64,000 bases of DNA from Patescibacteria group bacterium. GTDB lineage: Bacteria; Patescibacteriota; Gracilibacteria; UBA4473. Shown piece by piece: positions 9,652-19,739 of this stretch (positions are counted from its first letter, which is position 1; every line of letters starts with the position of its first letter). The notes beneath the pieces are model-generated. The model had not been told where the DNA came from. It was given only the letters and a program-made list of their open reading frames with translations, and did not search any database. Where the stretch lies: the NCBI GenBank assembly GCA_965660445.1, contig CBFIAK010000001.1, positions 416,001-480,000 on the forward strand. The letters are read 5' to 3'. The translations under genes and the position numbers were made by a program.

Positions 9652-11064
9652 TTAACGAAGCCAATCAGGGAGTGTTGGATTCGATGTGTCTGAAGGTTTA
9701 TTTGTTTTGAGTGATTGCACTATTGGTTCAGTTTTTTCTCGTTGAGTATCAGTAGAGGATTCTTTTTGTGCGGGTAGTACTTCAAAAGGAATAGATACGG
9801 GAGCTTTTGGAGTGGTTGGTTGAGGTATTTCAGGTGTTTTATTCTTTGGCATTGTGGGTACCTTCTTTTCTTCTACAACGGCAGGAGTGAGTGGAATAGC
9901 TTTATCAATATTATGTCTTTGTTTTTGGTATTCTGTGATAAGACGAAGAAATTGGTCATGGATATCGTTTATTTTTTTGTTCTCAATGATAAACATGAGT
10001 CCATTTTTTTGAGATATACCTTTTCCACCTAAAAACATATTGAGTTTTTGTGTATCAAGAGATGGGCTTTGTGATTGGAGTGATATATGAGTTGTATTTT
10101 TAGTCTCTAAAAAAAGAATTGATATCTCGATATCACGGATATAAGGAAGAAGTATTTGGTTTATCTCGTCAATACTTTCTCTGTTTCCGTTATAGTTTTG
10201 AATAGTATTGTGTGATAGTGTGCTCCATGCGATTTTATGAATGGGGTCCGTATTGAGTGTTTCAAGTATATCTCCCCAAGACCGAAGTGTAGAGAATTTC
10301 TTTGTTTTAAAGAGTCGATTGATAACATCAGTGTGATCAGCTCCTTTGTTATAGAGTTTACTCGCAATATGAAACGTGTGAGATTTTGTTTTTGAATCTA
10401 AAAAACTTTCGGTTTGTTCGATGATTCCCGTGAGGAGAAATGTTGCTATTTCAGGGGTTATAAGATTCTCAGTTTCTTTATGTGATAAAAGTATATCGCA
10501 GATCATTTCTCCAAGTGATGATTTCTGAATATCAACATAATTCAGTGTTCCAAAAAACTCATTTTCAGATGACGTGCTGATATTCAGCACGGGCGTTGTT
10601 TGAAAAAGTTGAGTATTTTCTTCAAAGAAAACTCCCAGATCTTCTTTTGTGTGAGCACCAAGAGTGATAATTAAATCAATATCAAATAACCCTTTTCGAA
10701 AAGAAATATCAGTTTCATTTAGAGAACCGGACTCAGGAACAATAAGAATTTCAACACAGTCATCAAGTGTTCTATATTGTAATTTCTTAACTCGATTTTG
10801 AGTCGTATTGAGTGAAATAATAAGATTATTTTTATCCGGTACTGAATGCAGAATAGAATCCGTATTTAGGTATGAAAACTGAAATGGTTTGGTTTCGGGG
10901 CCAAATGAAAAAACTTCTTTTTTCATTGATTGTATTACTGATTGAAGCGCAAGCATTGATGTTAAGATATCTCCATTCCAATGGGTTGGAGCGATGATTG
11001 CTATTTTTTGAGATTCCTCAATGAGGCGAACGCATTCAGAAACAGGAGTCTTCTTTTGGGGCAT
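9652..11064 (-). CDS. degenerate DHH/NrnA-like phosphoesterase with P/T/K-rich tail
   Basis: DHH-fold layout (IAIIAP..GD, FGTLNYVD..SS.GE, ATFLLTGI..T..F) but the DHH motif reads STS. Confidence 0.75.
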   Translation of the reverse strand: MPQKKTPVSECVRLIEESQKIAIIAPTHWNGDILTSMLALQSVIQSMKKEVFSFGPETKPFQFSYLNTDSILHSVPDKNNLIISLNTTQNRVKKLQYRTLDDCVEILIVPESGSLNETDISFRKGLFDIDLIITLGAHTKEDLGVFFEENTQLFQTTPVLNISTSSENEFFGTLNYVDIQKSSLGEMICDILLSHKETENLITPEIATFLLTGIIEQTESFLDSKTKSHTFHIASKLYNKGADHTDVINRLFKTKKFSTLRSWGDILETLNTDPIHKIAWSTLSHNTIQNYNGNRESIDEINQILLPYIRDIEISILFLETKNTTHISLQSQSPSLDTQKLNMFLGGKGISQKNGLMFIIENKKINDIHDQFLRLITEYQKQRHNIDKAIPLTPAVVEEKKVPTMPKNKTPEIPQPTTPKAPVSIPFEVLPAQKESSTDTQREKTEPIVQSLKTNKPSDTSNPTLPDWLR

Positions 11065-11203
11065 AAAAATAAATGATTAAATCTTATTTTAAAATATTTT
11101 ACTAAATATGTCAATAAAAACACAAGGATTAAAATGATTTACTTTTATTTTATAAAATAAATTTGCATAAAGGTCAAATATATTATAATAAGTATTATGA
11201 AGA

Positions 11204-14200
11204 ATGAAAAAGTTTTCCTTAATTCGTTTATTTGCACTTTGGGTGTTGAGTGTTGGAATATTTGTTTCTGCACAAGCGAGTGGTATTCGAGTACAAGAAT
11301 TTCTTGCTAATCCTCAAGCGGTTTCAGATGCATCTGGTGAGTGGATTGAGTTGGTAAATACGACCAATCAATCTATTGATTTGCAAGGTTGGACAATTGA
11401 TGATGGAGGCGTGGAGCATTCCGTCTCATCATCAGTTCTCATTCCGCCATTGGGAGAGATTGTTGTGTGTAGAAATGCAGATAAAATGACGAATGGAGGC
11501 GTTCGATGTGCCTATGAATGGTCGAGTATGAGTCTTACTAATACAGGAGATGTTATTACTATTCGAAATACCGAAGATATAATTTCTCATACAGTTACTT
11601 TTGATGGATCTGATGTGGAGAGTGGAAGGTCGACTATTGTTGATGCGCAAAATAATCGAACAATTTCTGAAAACAATCCTGCTTCTGCACGATTCGGATT
11701 TGATGCTCAGGGGGATTATGCAACGCCAGCACAAAATCCGCGAAATGGAAACTCGTATTATCCAACGATTCAGAACGCAATTGATAATGCTCAGGCATCA
11801 CAAACGGTATCCGTTCCATTTGATGTATTTGAAGAACAAATCATTATTCAAAAACCAATTATTATAGAAGGTGATATTGCGGGTGAAAATCAGGTTGGAG
11901 TTGGTGATAATGCTCCCATATTAGATGGAAGTTTCCTTATGGGATCAGTTCAAAATGTAGCAGCTATAACGATTGCAGATTCTATTGATCAGGTTGAGAT
12001 AAAAGGGTTTCGCATACGCGACTATAATTCGGTATCTCTTGCGAGTGAGGGACGCGGAATTTCCACAAAAGGAAATACTCAGAATACAGATATTATTATT
12101 GCTCATAATGTGTTTGAAAACATAAAAACAGACGCTGTTTTGATAGAAAGTACACTGAGTGATTCACAAGCTATAATTGAATATAATGAGTTTCAAGACG
12201 TAAATAGAGCTCTTCATTTGGTATCGGTTTATGCCACTGATATTGCCCATAATGTTTTTTCTGATTTAAAAACTGATAGTGATGGAATTGCTCTTGCTCT
12301 TATTTGTGAAAATGATGGAATTCCAGAGAGAGAATGTAATGGAAACTATGTTTTCGAAAACACGTTTGAAGGGGATATGCATATTGGATTTCTTATTGTT
12401 GCTGAAGGAAACATCCATTCAGCGTCTTTTATCGATACACTTGTTATTGAAGACAATACGTTTCAAGGTGATTTCGTTGGTATTTCTGTTGAGTCTGTAC
12501 AAAGCGAGGACAAAATTGATATTTTAAATATAAAAGGAAATGTTTTTGATATACATGATCACTATGCAATTGAGTTTCACGAATCACAAGGTCAATTATC
12601 GAATGTGTTGATACAAGAAAACAAATTTATAGGGAACCAAAATCAAGGCATTTTATCCTCTGCAAATACTTCTCTTGATGCCCGTTTTAATTGGTGGGGC
12701 ACGAGTAATGGACCTTCATTATTTTCTGATGGAATAGAGTATGCACCATGGTTTTTTAATGAAACAATGACGACCGTTACGGGTATGATAAAAAATATTA
12801 CTTCTTCAACAGCAAATGGACTTTATAGCCAAGGCGATAGTATTTCGGTTGATATTGAGTTTGTTCATGCGGTGAGCATAAGCGGATCAGGAATTTCAGG
12901 AACTCTTAATAGTGGAAATACGGTTTCTATTGATTCAGTGAGTAACAAAAACACAATATCGTCTTCATTTATTGTTTCAGTAAATCAAAGTACAGATGAT
13001 CTTCAGTTAACCGATATATCACTGAATACAGGATCTTCAATAACAGAAGATGAAAACGGGTATCCTGTTGAGTTTCGTATTCCCAATGGCGCTAATATAG
13101 CTGATAATAAAGATATACAAATCGATTCAGTGAATCCTCGTTTTGATTCTCTATCATTAACTTCAAACAATATTGCGAGTCCAAGTTATGCGGGATCAAA
13201 TAGTGTTTTGACGTTTTCTCTTGTTCTTGAGACTCCAGATTCTTTTTCTCAAGGGAATATTTTATTTACTATTGGCGAAGGGGAAGAACAATCTCTCTCT
13301 TTTCAAGAACCTGCATCACAGCAGAAAAAAACAACGTATACGGCGGTGCTTGATATGAGCAATTATAATGGGACTTCTGATGGAGATACTTTGCTTATCA
13401 CTGGGATTGAGTTTCAAGATAGTGCGAGAAACCTTATTCAGTCTCTTCCTGTGCTCCCATCAGAGCCTTCACCAACAGTTCTTATTGATAATACAAAACC
13501 AGTTTTACATCAGGTGTCCTATTCGACCACAAATTCAAACCCAAACTGGGCAAAAGAAGGCGACACAATTGTGTATACACTCAGTTTTTCAGAAGATGTA
13601 ATTCTTGAAAATCTTTCTCATCCAACGGTATCACACAATGCTTCTGTGCGTCTCAAAGATATAACAATTCCATCGTATGCAATACAAGACACTCTTGAGT
13701 TTTCTGTAAGCAATATGGACAACGGAGACATAGATTTTTCAGATATTGAATTTACGATTACCGATAGAGCCGGTAATGTCTCAGATGTACTCACTGAAGT
13801 TGATGTGAATACCGCACTTTCTCTTTGGATACAAGAAGGTGGGAACCGTATTCAAGCAGACACAATTATGCCAACAATAACAGATATGACGATCTATTCG
13901 AATAATGCGCTTAATACGAATCTTGCCAAAACAAATGACACCATAACGATTGATATGACAACCAACGATAACCGAAGTCCTACAGTTTCTCTCGTTTCAG
14001 AACAATCACACATACTCAATCGTTCAATTACTTCACAAAACCTAGGGTCTATAGGCAGTAACCGTACGGTTCATCGTATGACTGACGGTACAGAAGATTC
14101 ACAAGTGATTGTCCCTTTTGCAGTTCAGATTCAAGATGAAGCAGGAAATCAATCATTGGTTCAAACAACAACAAATGACGGTTCAATGGTTCAGTTTGAT

Positions 14201-16225
14201 AGAACCGATCCTGTTTTTAGAAATGTATCAATTTCTTCAGTGAGTCATGACGATTCAGCGTATATGGGTGATGTTCCTGTATATTATGCAAAAAGGGGAG
14301 ATACTATAACACTTTCCTTTGAAGCTCGTGATTACGTAGGTGTTTTTCATCCTCCCATAGGGACTATTCTCGGCATAAACGCTGTTTTTACTCAAGAATC
14401 GGATTTAGGCGATGGGTGGTATGAATGGAAAGGTGTGGTCTCATCAATTGACGGTGATGAAGGTCTTGTTGATATTGATGTTTCTGTTCCTGATAACGCA
14501 GGAAATGAAGTTTTTATAACGGGTACTTCTGATGAAAGTGCTGTTATTTATGATCGTACGCGTCCAATGCTTCCAACACAGGTATTCGATGAAGAAGGTG
14601 TTCAAACTCAATCATTAAAAGAGAGATCAAAAGCGCTACTTCATTGGAATGGTGATATAGATCCACAAGAAAATGGGGTCGATAGCATTTCCGATATATG
14701 GAAATATTTACTATTATGGACGAATCCATATCCAGTTTCCATTCCTCTTTCGAATAATCTTCCAATTGATATGGATAACGAAATTCATCAAGGATCTGAG
14801 AATGAACCGGTGGAAGTAATACGAGAGAATGGTCGTACTTTTGATGGACGGAGAACGCAACTTTCGCCATGGTCGGAATCGAATGAGCTCATTCCACCAC
14901 GAGAAAATAGTTATCAAAATAATCGATATCATCCGTATAGAATGCGTATGGTTGTTGTTGATAAAGCTGGAAATTACTCATGTGATGAGACTCATACTTA
15001 TTGTAGTGAAAAAGGAAACCTTGATTGGCGTGGTGAAACTCTTTATGAACAACCCTATAGTATTGGTATTTCAGGAACAGTTGTCGATGAAAAAAATGAA
15101 CCATTATCGGGTGCCATTGTTCAAATTATTGCTCGTTATGGAGAATATTGTGACGGTGAGCGTGAGATATGCACAGGGATAACAGACGAAAATGGGGAAT
15201 ATCAGGTTTTGGTGAACAAAGACCAAGATTATACACTTATCGTTTATCGTGATGGATATTATAGTGGAAAAAAAGATGTTCGTATTCAAAATACAAATGG
15301 TGTCTATGCAGAAGGACTTGGAAACATGACACTTCAGATGATAAAAAACTTAAAAGAACGCCAGACACAAGATCGCAGTGTTATTGTGTGGTTAAGTTCA
15401 GTGTTTGAAGAACCAACATCTCAACAAAAAATACAAACATATGTTCAGGTATGGAGTTTGTCAGGAGATATTGAAACACAAAATATTCAAGGAGGTATTC
15501 GAATCACAAGTCAGTCTCGAATAACAGGGGTTGCGAGTAATAATCCTGATGTTTTGATTCAGGAGAACAATGATAATACGTTTGATATTTTCGGAGGTGG
15601 AAATGTGAAAAATATAAAAAGTGGAACAGGTGACGGCAGTAAAAAAACGTTTTCATCAGGAGAGAGTCGATTGGGGGTTGAGATAGTACCGGCTTCTGGA
15701 AAAGCTGGAAATAGAATATCGGGACAGACACGAAAATCAAATAATCCAAACGAGGAATGGACTATGGAAGATTCTTATAAAGAAATAGAAGAACATAACA
15801 AAGGAGTGAAAGGACAAACTCTTTCGTATATCAACAGAAATGGGTATCGGATTTTTGGAGGGTATCGATCAGGACGTATTCCAGCGGATGGGTATAAAAC
15901 AAAAGAAGATTTGCAAAAAACAAAGGAGAAAATACAAACACAGAGAACAGATGGACGAAAACCTATTGGATTTCGGCGTGCTCAACCAGAGAGTGCTTAT
16001 AAAACAGTTCTTACTCGAAAAACATATGAAGCATCACAAAAAGAAAGAGAAGATGTTTTTGCACGACGGGCCGAAGAACGAACGATTGCTCAGTCGAGAC
16101 TGAAGAAAAATAATGATGAGGTTATGATTAGAGGAACAAATGGGAAGAAGGTTTCTATGGATGTTTTTACTGATCCTTATATGCATCGTGACCGTCCGAA
16201 GCCTTCTCATATTGTTTCGAGATAA
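11204..16225 (+). CDS. large secreted surface protein: lamin-tail domain, beta-helix, Ig-like repeats, carboxypeptidase-regulatory-like domain
   Basis: Signal peptide; EFLANP..GEWIELVN..DLQGWTI; TIQNAIDNA and NxF repeats; repeated DxTxP/AKxGDTI/DxAGN; ISGTVVDEKNEPLSGAIV. Confidence 0.85.
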   Translation: MKKFSLIRLFALWVLSVGIFVSAQASGIRVQEFLANPQAVSDASGEWIELVNTTNQSIDLQGWTIDDGGVEHSVSSSVLIPPLGEIVVCRNADKMTNGGVRCAYEWSSMSLTNTGDVITIRNTEDIISHTVTFDGSDVESGRSTIVDAQNNRTISENNPASARFGFDAQGDYATPAQNPRNGNSYYPTIQNAIDNAQASQTVSVPFDVFEEQIIIQKPIIIEGDIAGENQVGVGDNAPILDGSFLMGSVQNVAAITIADSIDQVEIKGFRIRDYNSVSLASEGRGISTKGNTQNTDIIIAHNVFENIKTDAVLIESTLSDSQAIIEYNEFQDVNRALHLVSVYATDIAHNVFSDLKTDSDGIALALICENDGIPERECNGNYVFENTFEGDMHIGFLIVAEGNIHSASFIDTLVIEDNTFQGDFVGISVESVQSEDKIDILNIKGNVFDIHDHYAIEFHESQGQLSNVLIQENKFIGNQNQGILSSANTSLDARFNWWGTSNGPSLFSDGIEYAPWFFNETMTTVTGMIKNITSSTANGLYSQGDSISVDIEFVHAVSISGSGISGTLNSGNTVSIDSVSNKNTISSSFIVSVNQSTDDLQLTDISLNTGSSITEDENGYPVEFRIPNGANIADNKDIQIDSVNPRFDSLSLTSNNIASPSYAGSNSVLTFSLVLETPDSFSQGNILFTIGEGEEQSLSFQEPASQQKKTTYTAVLDMSNYNGTSDGDTLLITGIEFQDSARNLIQSLPVLPSEPSPTVLIDNTKPVLHQVSYSTTNSNPNWAKEGDTIVYTLSFSEDVILENLSHPTVSHNASVRLKDITIPSYAIQDTLEFSVSNMDNGDIDFSDIEFTITDRAGNVSDVLTEVDVNTALSLWIQEGGNRIQADTIMPTITDMTIYSNNALNTNLAKTNDTITIDMTTNDNRSPTVSLVSEQSHILNRSITSQNLGSIGSNRTVHRMTDGTEDSQVIVPFAVQIQDEAGNQSLVQTTTNDGSMVQFDRTDPVFRNVSISSVSHDDSAYMGDVPVYYAKRGDTITLSFEARDYVGVFHPPIGTILGINAVFTQESDLGDGWYEWKGVVSSIDGDEGLVDIDVSVPDNAGNEVFITGTSDESAVIYDRTRPMLPTQVFDEEGVQTQSLKERSKALLHWNGDIDPQENGVDSISDIWKYLLLWTNPYPVSIPLSNNLPIDMDNEIHQGSENEPVEVIRENGRTFDGRRTQLSPWSESNELIPPRENSYQNNRYHPYRMRMVVVDKAGNYSCDETHTYCSEKGNLDWRGETLYEQPYSIGISGTVVDEKNEPLSGAIVQIIARYGEYCDGEREICTGITDENGEYQVLVNKDQDYTLIVYRDGYYSGKKDVRIQNTNGVYAEGLGNMTLQMIKNLKERQTQDRSVIVWLSSVFEEPTSQQKIQTYVQVWSLSGDIETQNIQGGIRITSQSRITGVASNNPDVLIQENNDNTFDIFGGGNVKNIKSGTGDGSKKTFSSGESRLGVEIVPASGKAGNRISGQTRKSNNPNEEWTMEDSYKEIEEHNKGVKGQTLSYINRNGYRIFGGYRSGRIPADGYKTKEDLQKTKEKIQTQRTDGRKPIGFRRAQPESAYKTVLTRKTYEASQKEREDVFARRAEERTIAQSRLKKNNDEVMIRGTNGKKVSMDVFTDPYMHRDRPKPSHIVSR

Positions 16226-16323
16226 AGAGTGTATACCTTGTAGAAGAATGGGTTTTTCACTCCGTAAATAAGAATTCTTCTTTTGGGATAGTGAGTAGTT
16301 GTTAACTACTTAAGATTGAGATT

Positions 16324-16358
16324 GAGAAGAAGCCGAAGGACGTCTTTGGCTTCTTTTC
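16324..16358 (+). terminator. intrinsic terminator
   Basis: gagaagaagccgaag / ctttggcttcttttc hairpin. Confidence 0.65.
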
Positions 16359-16418
16359 ATCATTTGACATATCTGCTTTTTTTTCTTTACAATGAGCGCC
16401 TCTTGTATTTATGAATAT

Positions 16419-16958
16419 ATGAAACCTTTTGAGATTTTATCACGTAAAATAGTGCTTGATTCCTTGTATATGCCGATAGAACAACAAAGAGTTCGACTTC
16501 CCAATGGAGAAGAAGCAGATTGGTTTGTAAGTTTGGCTTCTGATGCGGTAGTGGTTTTACCAATTACAAAGGATGGGTCTTTTCTGCTACAAAGAGCCTA
16601 TAAACATGGATGCGAATCAGTGGTCGTTGAGTTTTGTATTGGGATGGTTGAGAAAGGAGAGTTGGTTGATCTTACGGCTATGAGAGAACTTCAAGAAGAA
16701 ACAGGGTATAAGGCATCGAGAGTGGAAAAGATAGGAGAATTGTTTGTAAATCCAACAGGGTCACAACAGCGATACCACTTTTTTATAGCGTATGATTGCG
16801 AAGAAGCAGGAGACCAAAAGCTGGATAATGCAGAACAGATTGAGGTTATTCGATGCAAAAACTTGCAAGAAGTTGAATCTCTTTTATTTGCTTCGGATAC
16901 AAAAACATCTTGCGTCAATATGGCGGGGCTTGTATATTTGAAACAGAAGCATTCTTAG
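16419..16958 (+). CDS. NUDIX hydrolase (ADP-ribose pyrophosphatase-like)
   Basis: Nudix box GMVEKGE..AMRELQEETGY; LDNAEQIEV. Confidence 0.9.
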   Translation: MKPFEILSRKIVLDSLYMPIEQQRVRLPNGEEADWFVSLASDAVVVLPITKDGSFLLQRAYKHGCESVVVEFCIGMVEKGELVDLTAMRELQEETGYKASRVEKIGELFVNPTGSQQRYHFFIAYDCEEAGDQKLDNAEQIEVIRCKNLQEVESLLFASDTKTSCVNMAGLVYLKQKHS

Positions 16959-16982
16959 TCATTTTTTTTAACTAGTTTTATC

Positions 16983-17708
16983 ATGTCAGGACACTCGAAA
17001 TGGCATTCTATACGGCATAAGAAAGGAGCAAATGATGCAAAACGTGGGAAAATACTCACAAAACATTCGAAGCTATTAACCATTGCAGGGCGTTCAGACC
17101 CAAACCCTGAAACAAACCCAACATTGCGAGTGGCTATTGCGAATGCGAAAGCCGATAATGTACCAAATGATAATGTACAGCGAGTACTCAAAAAACTAGC
17201 AGGTGACGATAAAAATGCGTCGCAGTTTGAACAAATGGTCTATGAAGGGTTTGGACCTGATGGAGTACCTTTTGTAGTGACAGCCCTTACTGATAATGGA
17301 AATCGAACAACCCCAGCGGTTAAGAGTGCGTTTGGAAAAAATGGAGGGACTATGGGGAGTTCTGGTACGGTTATGTATATGTTTGATCATGTTGGTGTTA
17401 TTGAGATACACAATGGAAATCATGCAGAGGATGTTTTATTTGAGATAGCTATTGAGGCAGGAGCACAAGATTTTCATTACGATGAGAATACTTCGGAAGT
17501 GGTAACAGCATTTGCGGATTTAGCGCGAGTAAGTAATGTATTAGAATCGAAAGGGATTGTTATTCAGAAATCAGAACCACAATATCGAGCCAAGGAACCT
17601 AAAATAGTTTCGGAATCAGAAATAGATCGACTCGAGAAGTTTATGAGTGCACTCGAAGAAATTGATGACGTCGATGATGTGTTTGGAGGATTTGATGTTG
17701 AAGAATAA
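16983..17708 (+). CDS. yebC: YebC/PmpR family protein
   Basis: MSGHSKWHSIRHKKGANDAKRG, YEGFGPDG, LTDNGNRT. Confidence 0.96.
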   Translation: MSGHSKWHSIRHKKGANDAKRGKILTKHSKLLTIAGRSDPNPETNPTLRVAIANAKADNVPNDNVQRVLKKLAGDDKNASQFEQMVYEGFGPDGVPFVVTALTDNGNRTTPAVKSAFGKNGGTMGSSGTVMYMFDHVGVIEIHNGNHAEDVLFEIAIEAGAQDFHYDENTSEVVTAFADLARVSNVLESKGIVIQKSEPQYRAKEPKIVSESEIDRLEKFMSALEEIDDVDDVFGGFDVEE

Positions 17709-17824
17709 AAAGATTGTGGTGATGTTATAAAATCGGAAAATGTGAAAACTGTGAAAAAGTATTGACTTTCTTGCTGTTTTTATGAAAATGCACGAGAAAT
17801 TAATTAATTCTATTTTTATTACCT

Positions 17825-19591
17825 ATGAACGCAAAATCTCCTGTTATTGTCAAAGTATCCGGACCATTAGTGGTTGCGGAGAATATGCATACAGCCAAAA
17901 TGTACGAGGTAGTCCATGTAGGGGAAGAAAACCTTGTTGGTGAAGTTATTCGATTAGAAAACGGAATGGGATCCATTCAAGTATACGAAGAAACAGCTGG
18001 TATTGGACCAGGTGAACCAGTGAAACTTACGGGAGAAACAATGGTAGTTGAGCTTGGACCTGGACTTTTAGAGACTATTTATGATGGAGTGCAACGACCG
18101 TTGCAAATACTTGAAGAAAAAACAGGAGCATTCTTAGATCGAGGAGTGAGAGCTGATGGGCTTGATCGTGCTCGAAAATGGGATTTTGTGCCGGTTGTAA
18201 AGGTAGGGCAAACTGTAAGTGAGGGTGATGTGTTGGGAACGGTGCAAGAAACCACACTGATCAATCATAAAGTTATGGTGCCACTCGGTATAGAAAAAGC
18301 AAAAGTACTTCGTATTGAGTCTGGAAAATATAATGTAACGGAAACGATTGCTGTATTAGATGTACAAGGAGAACAACGAAATATAGAAATGAGACAGTTT
18401 TGTTCGATTCGACGTCCACGAAAAATTAAACAAAAACGACAACCAGACGAACTTTTAATGACAGGAGGGCGTTCTATTGATACGTTTTTCCCATTGGTGA
18501 AAGGAGGGGCGGGGTGTATTCCTGGACCTTTTGGAGCTGGAAAAACAGTGACACAACAAACTTTGGCAAAATATTGTGATGCACAGGTGATTGTGTATAT
18601 CGGATGTGGAGAACGAGGAAACGAAATGACAGAGGTTTTGAATGAGTTTCCACATTTGTTGGATCCAAACACAGGTGAGCCATTGATGAAACGAACCGTT
18701 ATGATTGCCAATACTTCAAATATGCCGGTTGCAGCGCGAGAAGCGTCGGTGTATACGGGAATTACTATTGCTGAATACTATCGAGATATGGGGTACGATG
18801 TAGCACTTATGGCAGATTCTACGTCTCGATGGGCAGAAGCTATGCGAGAAATGTCAGGACGGTTAGAAGAAATGCCGGGTGAGGAAGGGTATCCAGCATA
18901 TCTTGGGTCTCGAACAGCAGAATTTTATGAGCGAGCAGGGGCGGTAGATTGTTTAGGGGCTGATGATCGAAAAGGGTCATTAACCGTTATTGGAGCAGTT
19001 TCTCCTCCGGGAGGGGATTTGTCTGAACCAGTGACACAAAACACGCTTCGGGTCACAAAAACGTTTTGGGGGTTGGATTCAAAATTGGCATATCAACGGC
19101 ATTTTCCATCGATTAACTGGTTGAAAAGTTATTCTTTGTATTTGCCAAACTTAGAAAAATTCATGAAGGATAATGTAGCCGCTGATTACTGGGATGTGCG
19201 AACAATGGGATTATCATTATTGAATGAAGAAGCAAAGCTTGAAGAAATTGTGCGTCTTGTTGGTCCAGAGGCTTTATCCACAAAAGAAAAATTAGTGCTT
19301 TTAACAGCGAAATCGATTCGAGAAGATTTCTTATATCAAGACTCATTTGATAAAAATGATGCTTATACGCCAACAAAAAAACAGTATCAAATGTTAAAAA
19401 CAATTGTAGCTTTATACACAGAAGGATTAAAACTTGAAAATCGTGAAGATTTTGATTTCTCAAAACTAGAATCCCTTCCTTGCGTGCAGAAAGTAGCACG
19501 AGTAAAAGATTTAAGTGTTGGAGAAAATGATGATGTTTCTGCTTTTGAGGCTGTTCGTGCTGAGATTGCAAAAGAAATTGCCGGGTTATAA
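17825..19591 (+). CDS. ntpA: V/A-type ATP synthase catalytic subunit A
   Basis: IQVYEETAG, GPFGAGKT Walker A, YIGCGERGNEM, ANTSNMPVAAREAS, DSTSRWAEA, EMPGEEGYPAYL. Confidence 0.96.
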   Translation: MNAKSPVIVKVSGPLVVAENMHTAKMYEVVHVGEENLVGEVIRLENGMGSIQVYEETAGIGPGEPVKLTGETMVVELGPGLLETIYDGVQRPLQILEEKTGAFLDRGVRADGLDRARKWDFVPVVKVGQTVSEGDVLGTVQETTLINHKVMVPLGIEKAKVLRIESGKYNVTETIAVLDVQGEQRNIEMRQFCSIRRPRKIKQKRQPDELLMTGGRSIDTFFPLVKGGAGCIPGPFGAGKTVTQQTLAKYCDAQVIVYIGCGERGNEMTEVLNEFPHLLDPNTGEPLMKRTVMIANTSNMPVAAREASVYTGITIAEYYRDMGYDVALMADSTSRWAEAMREMSGRLEEMPGEEGYPAYLGSRTAEFYERAGAVDCLGADDRKGSLTVIGAVSPPGGDLSEPVTQNTLRVTKTFWGLDSKLAYQRHFPSINWLKSYSLYLPNLEKFMKDNVAADYWDVRTMGLSLLNEEAKLEEIVRLVGPEALSTKEKLVLLTAKSIREDFLYQDSFDKNDAYTPTKKQYQMLKTIVALYTEGLKLENREDFDFSKLESLPCVQKVARVKDLSVGENDDVSAFEAVRAEIAKEIAGL

Positions 19592-19608
19592 GATATGAAT
19601 CAAAACAC

Positions 19609-19643
19609 AAAAAAGCTCTTGCTTATTACAAGAGCTTTTTTTT
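19609..19643 (+). terminator. intrinsic terminator after ATPase A
   Basis: aaaaaagctcttg...caagagcttttttt. Confidence 0.85.
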
Positions 19644-19739
19644 ATTTAAAAATATTTATCTGTTTTAAGCAATAAAAAAAGAAAACTTGTTTGAGCGAAG
19701 AATGGTATACTTTTTTTGATTTTTTAAGATTTATTTTTC

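Noticed and set aside
17825-19591. VMA-type intein in ATPase A
   Set aside because: 588 aa is normal length; Walker A and YIGCGERGNEM are uninterrupted
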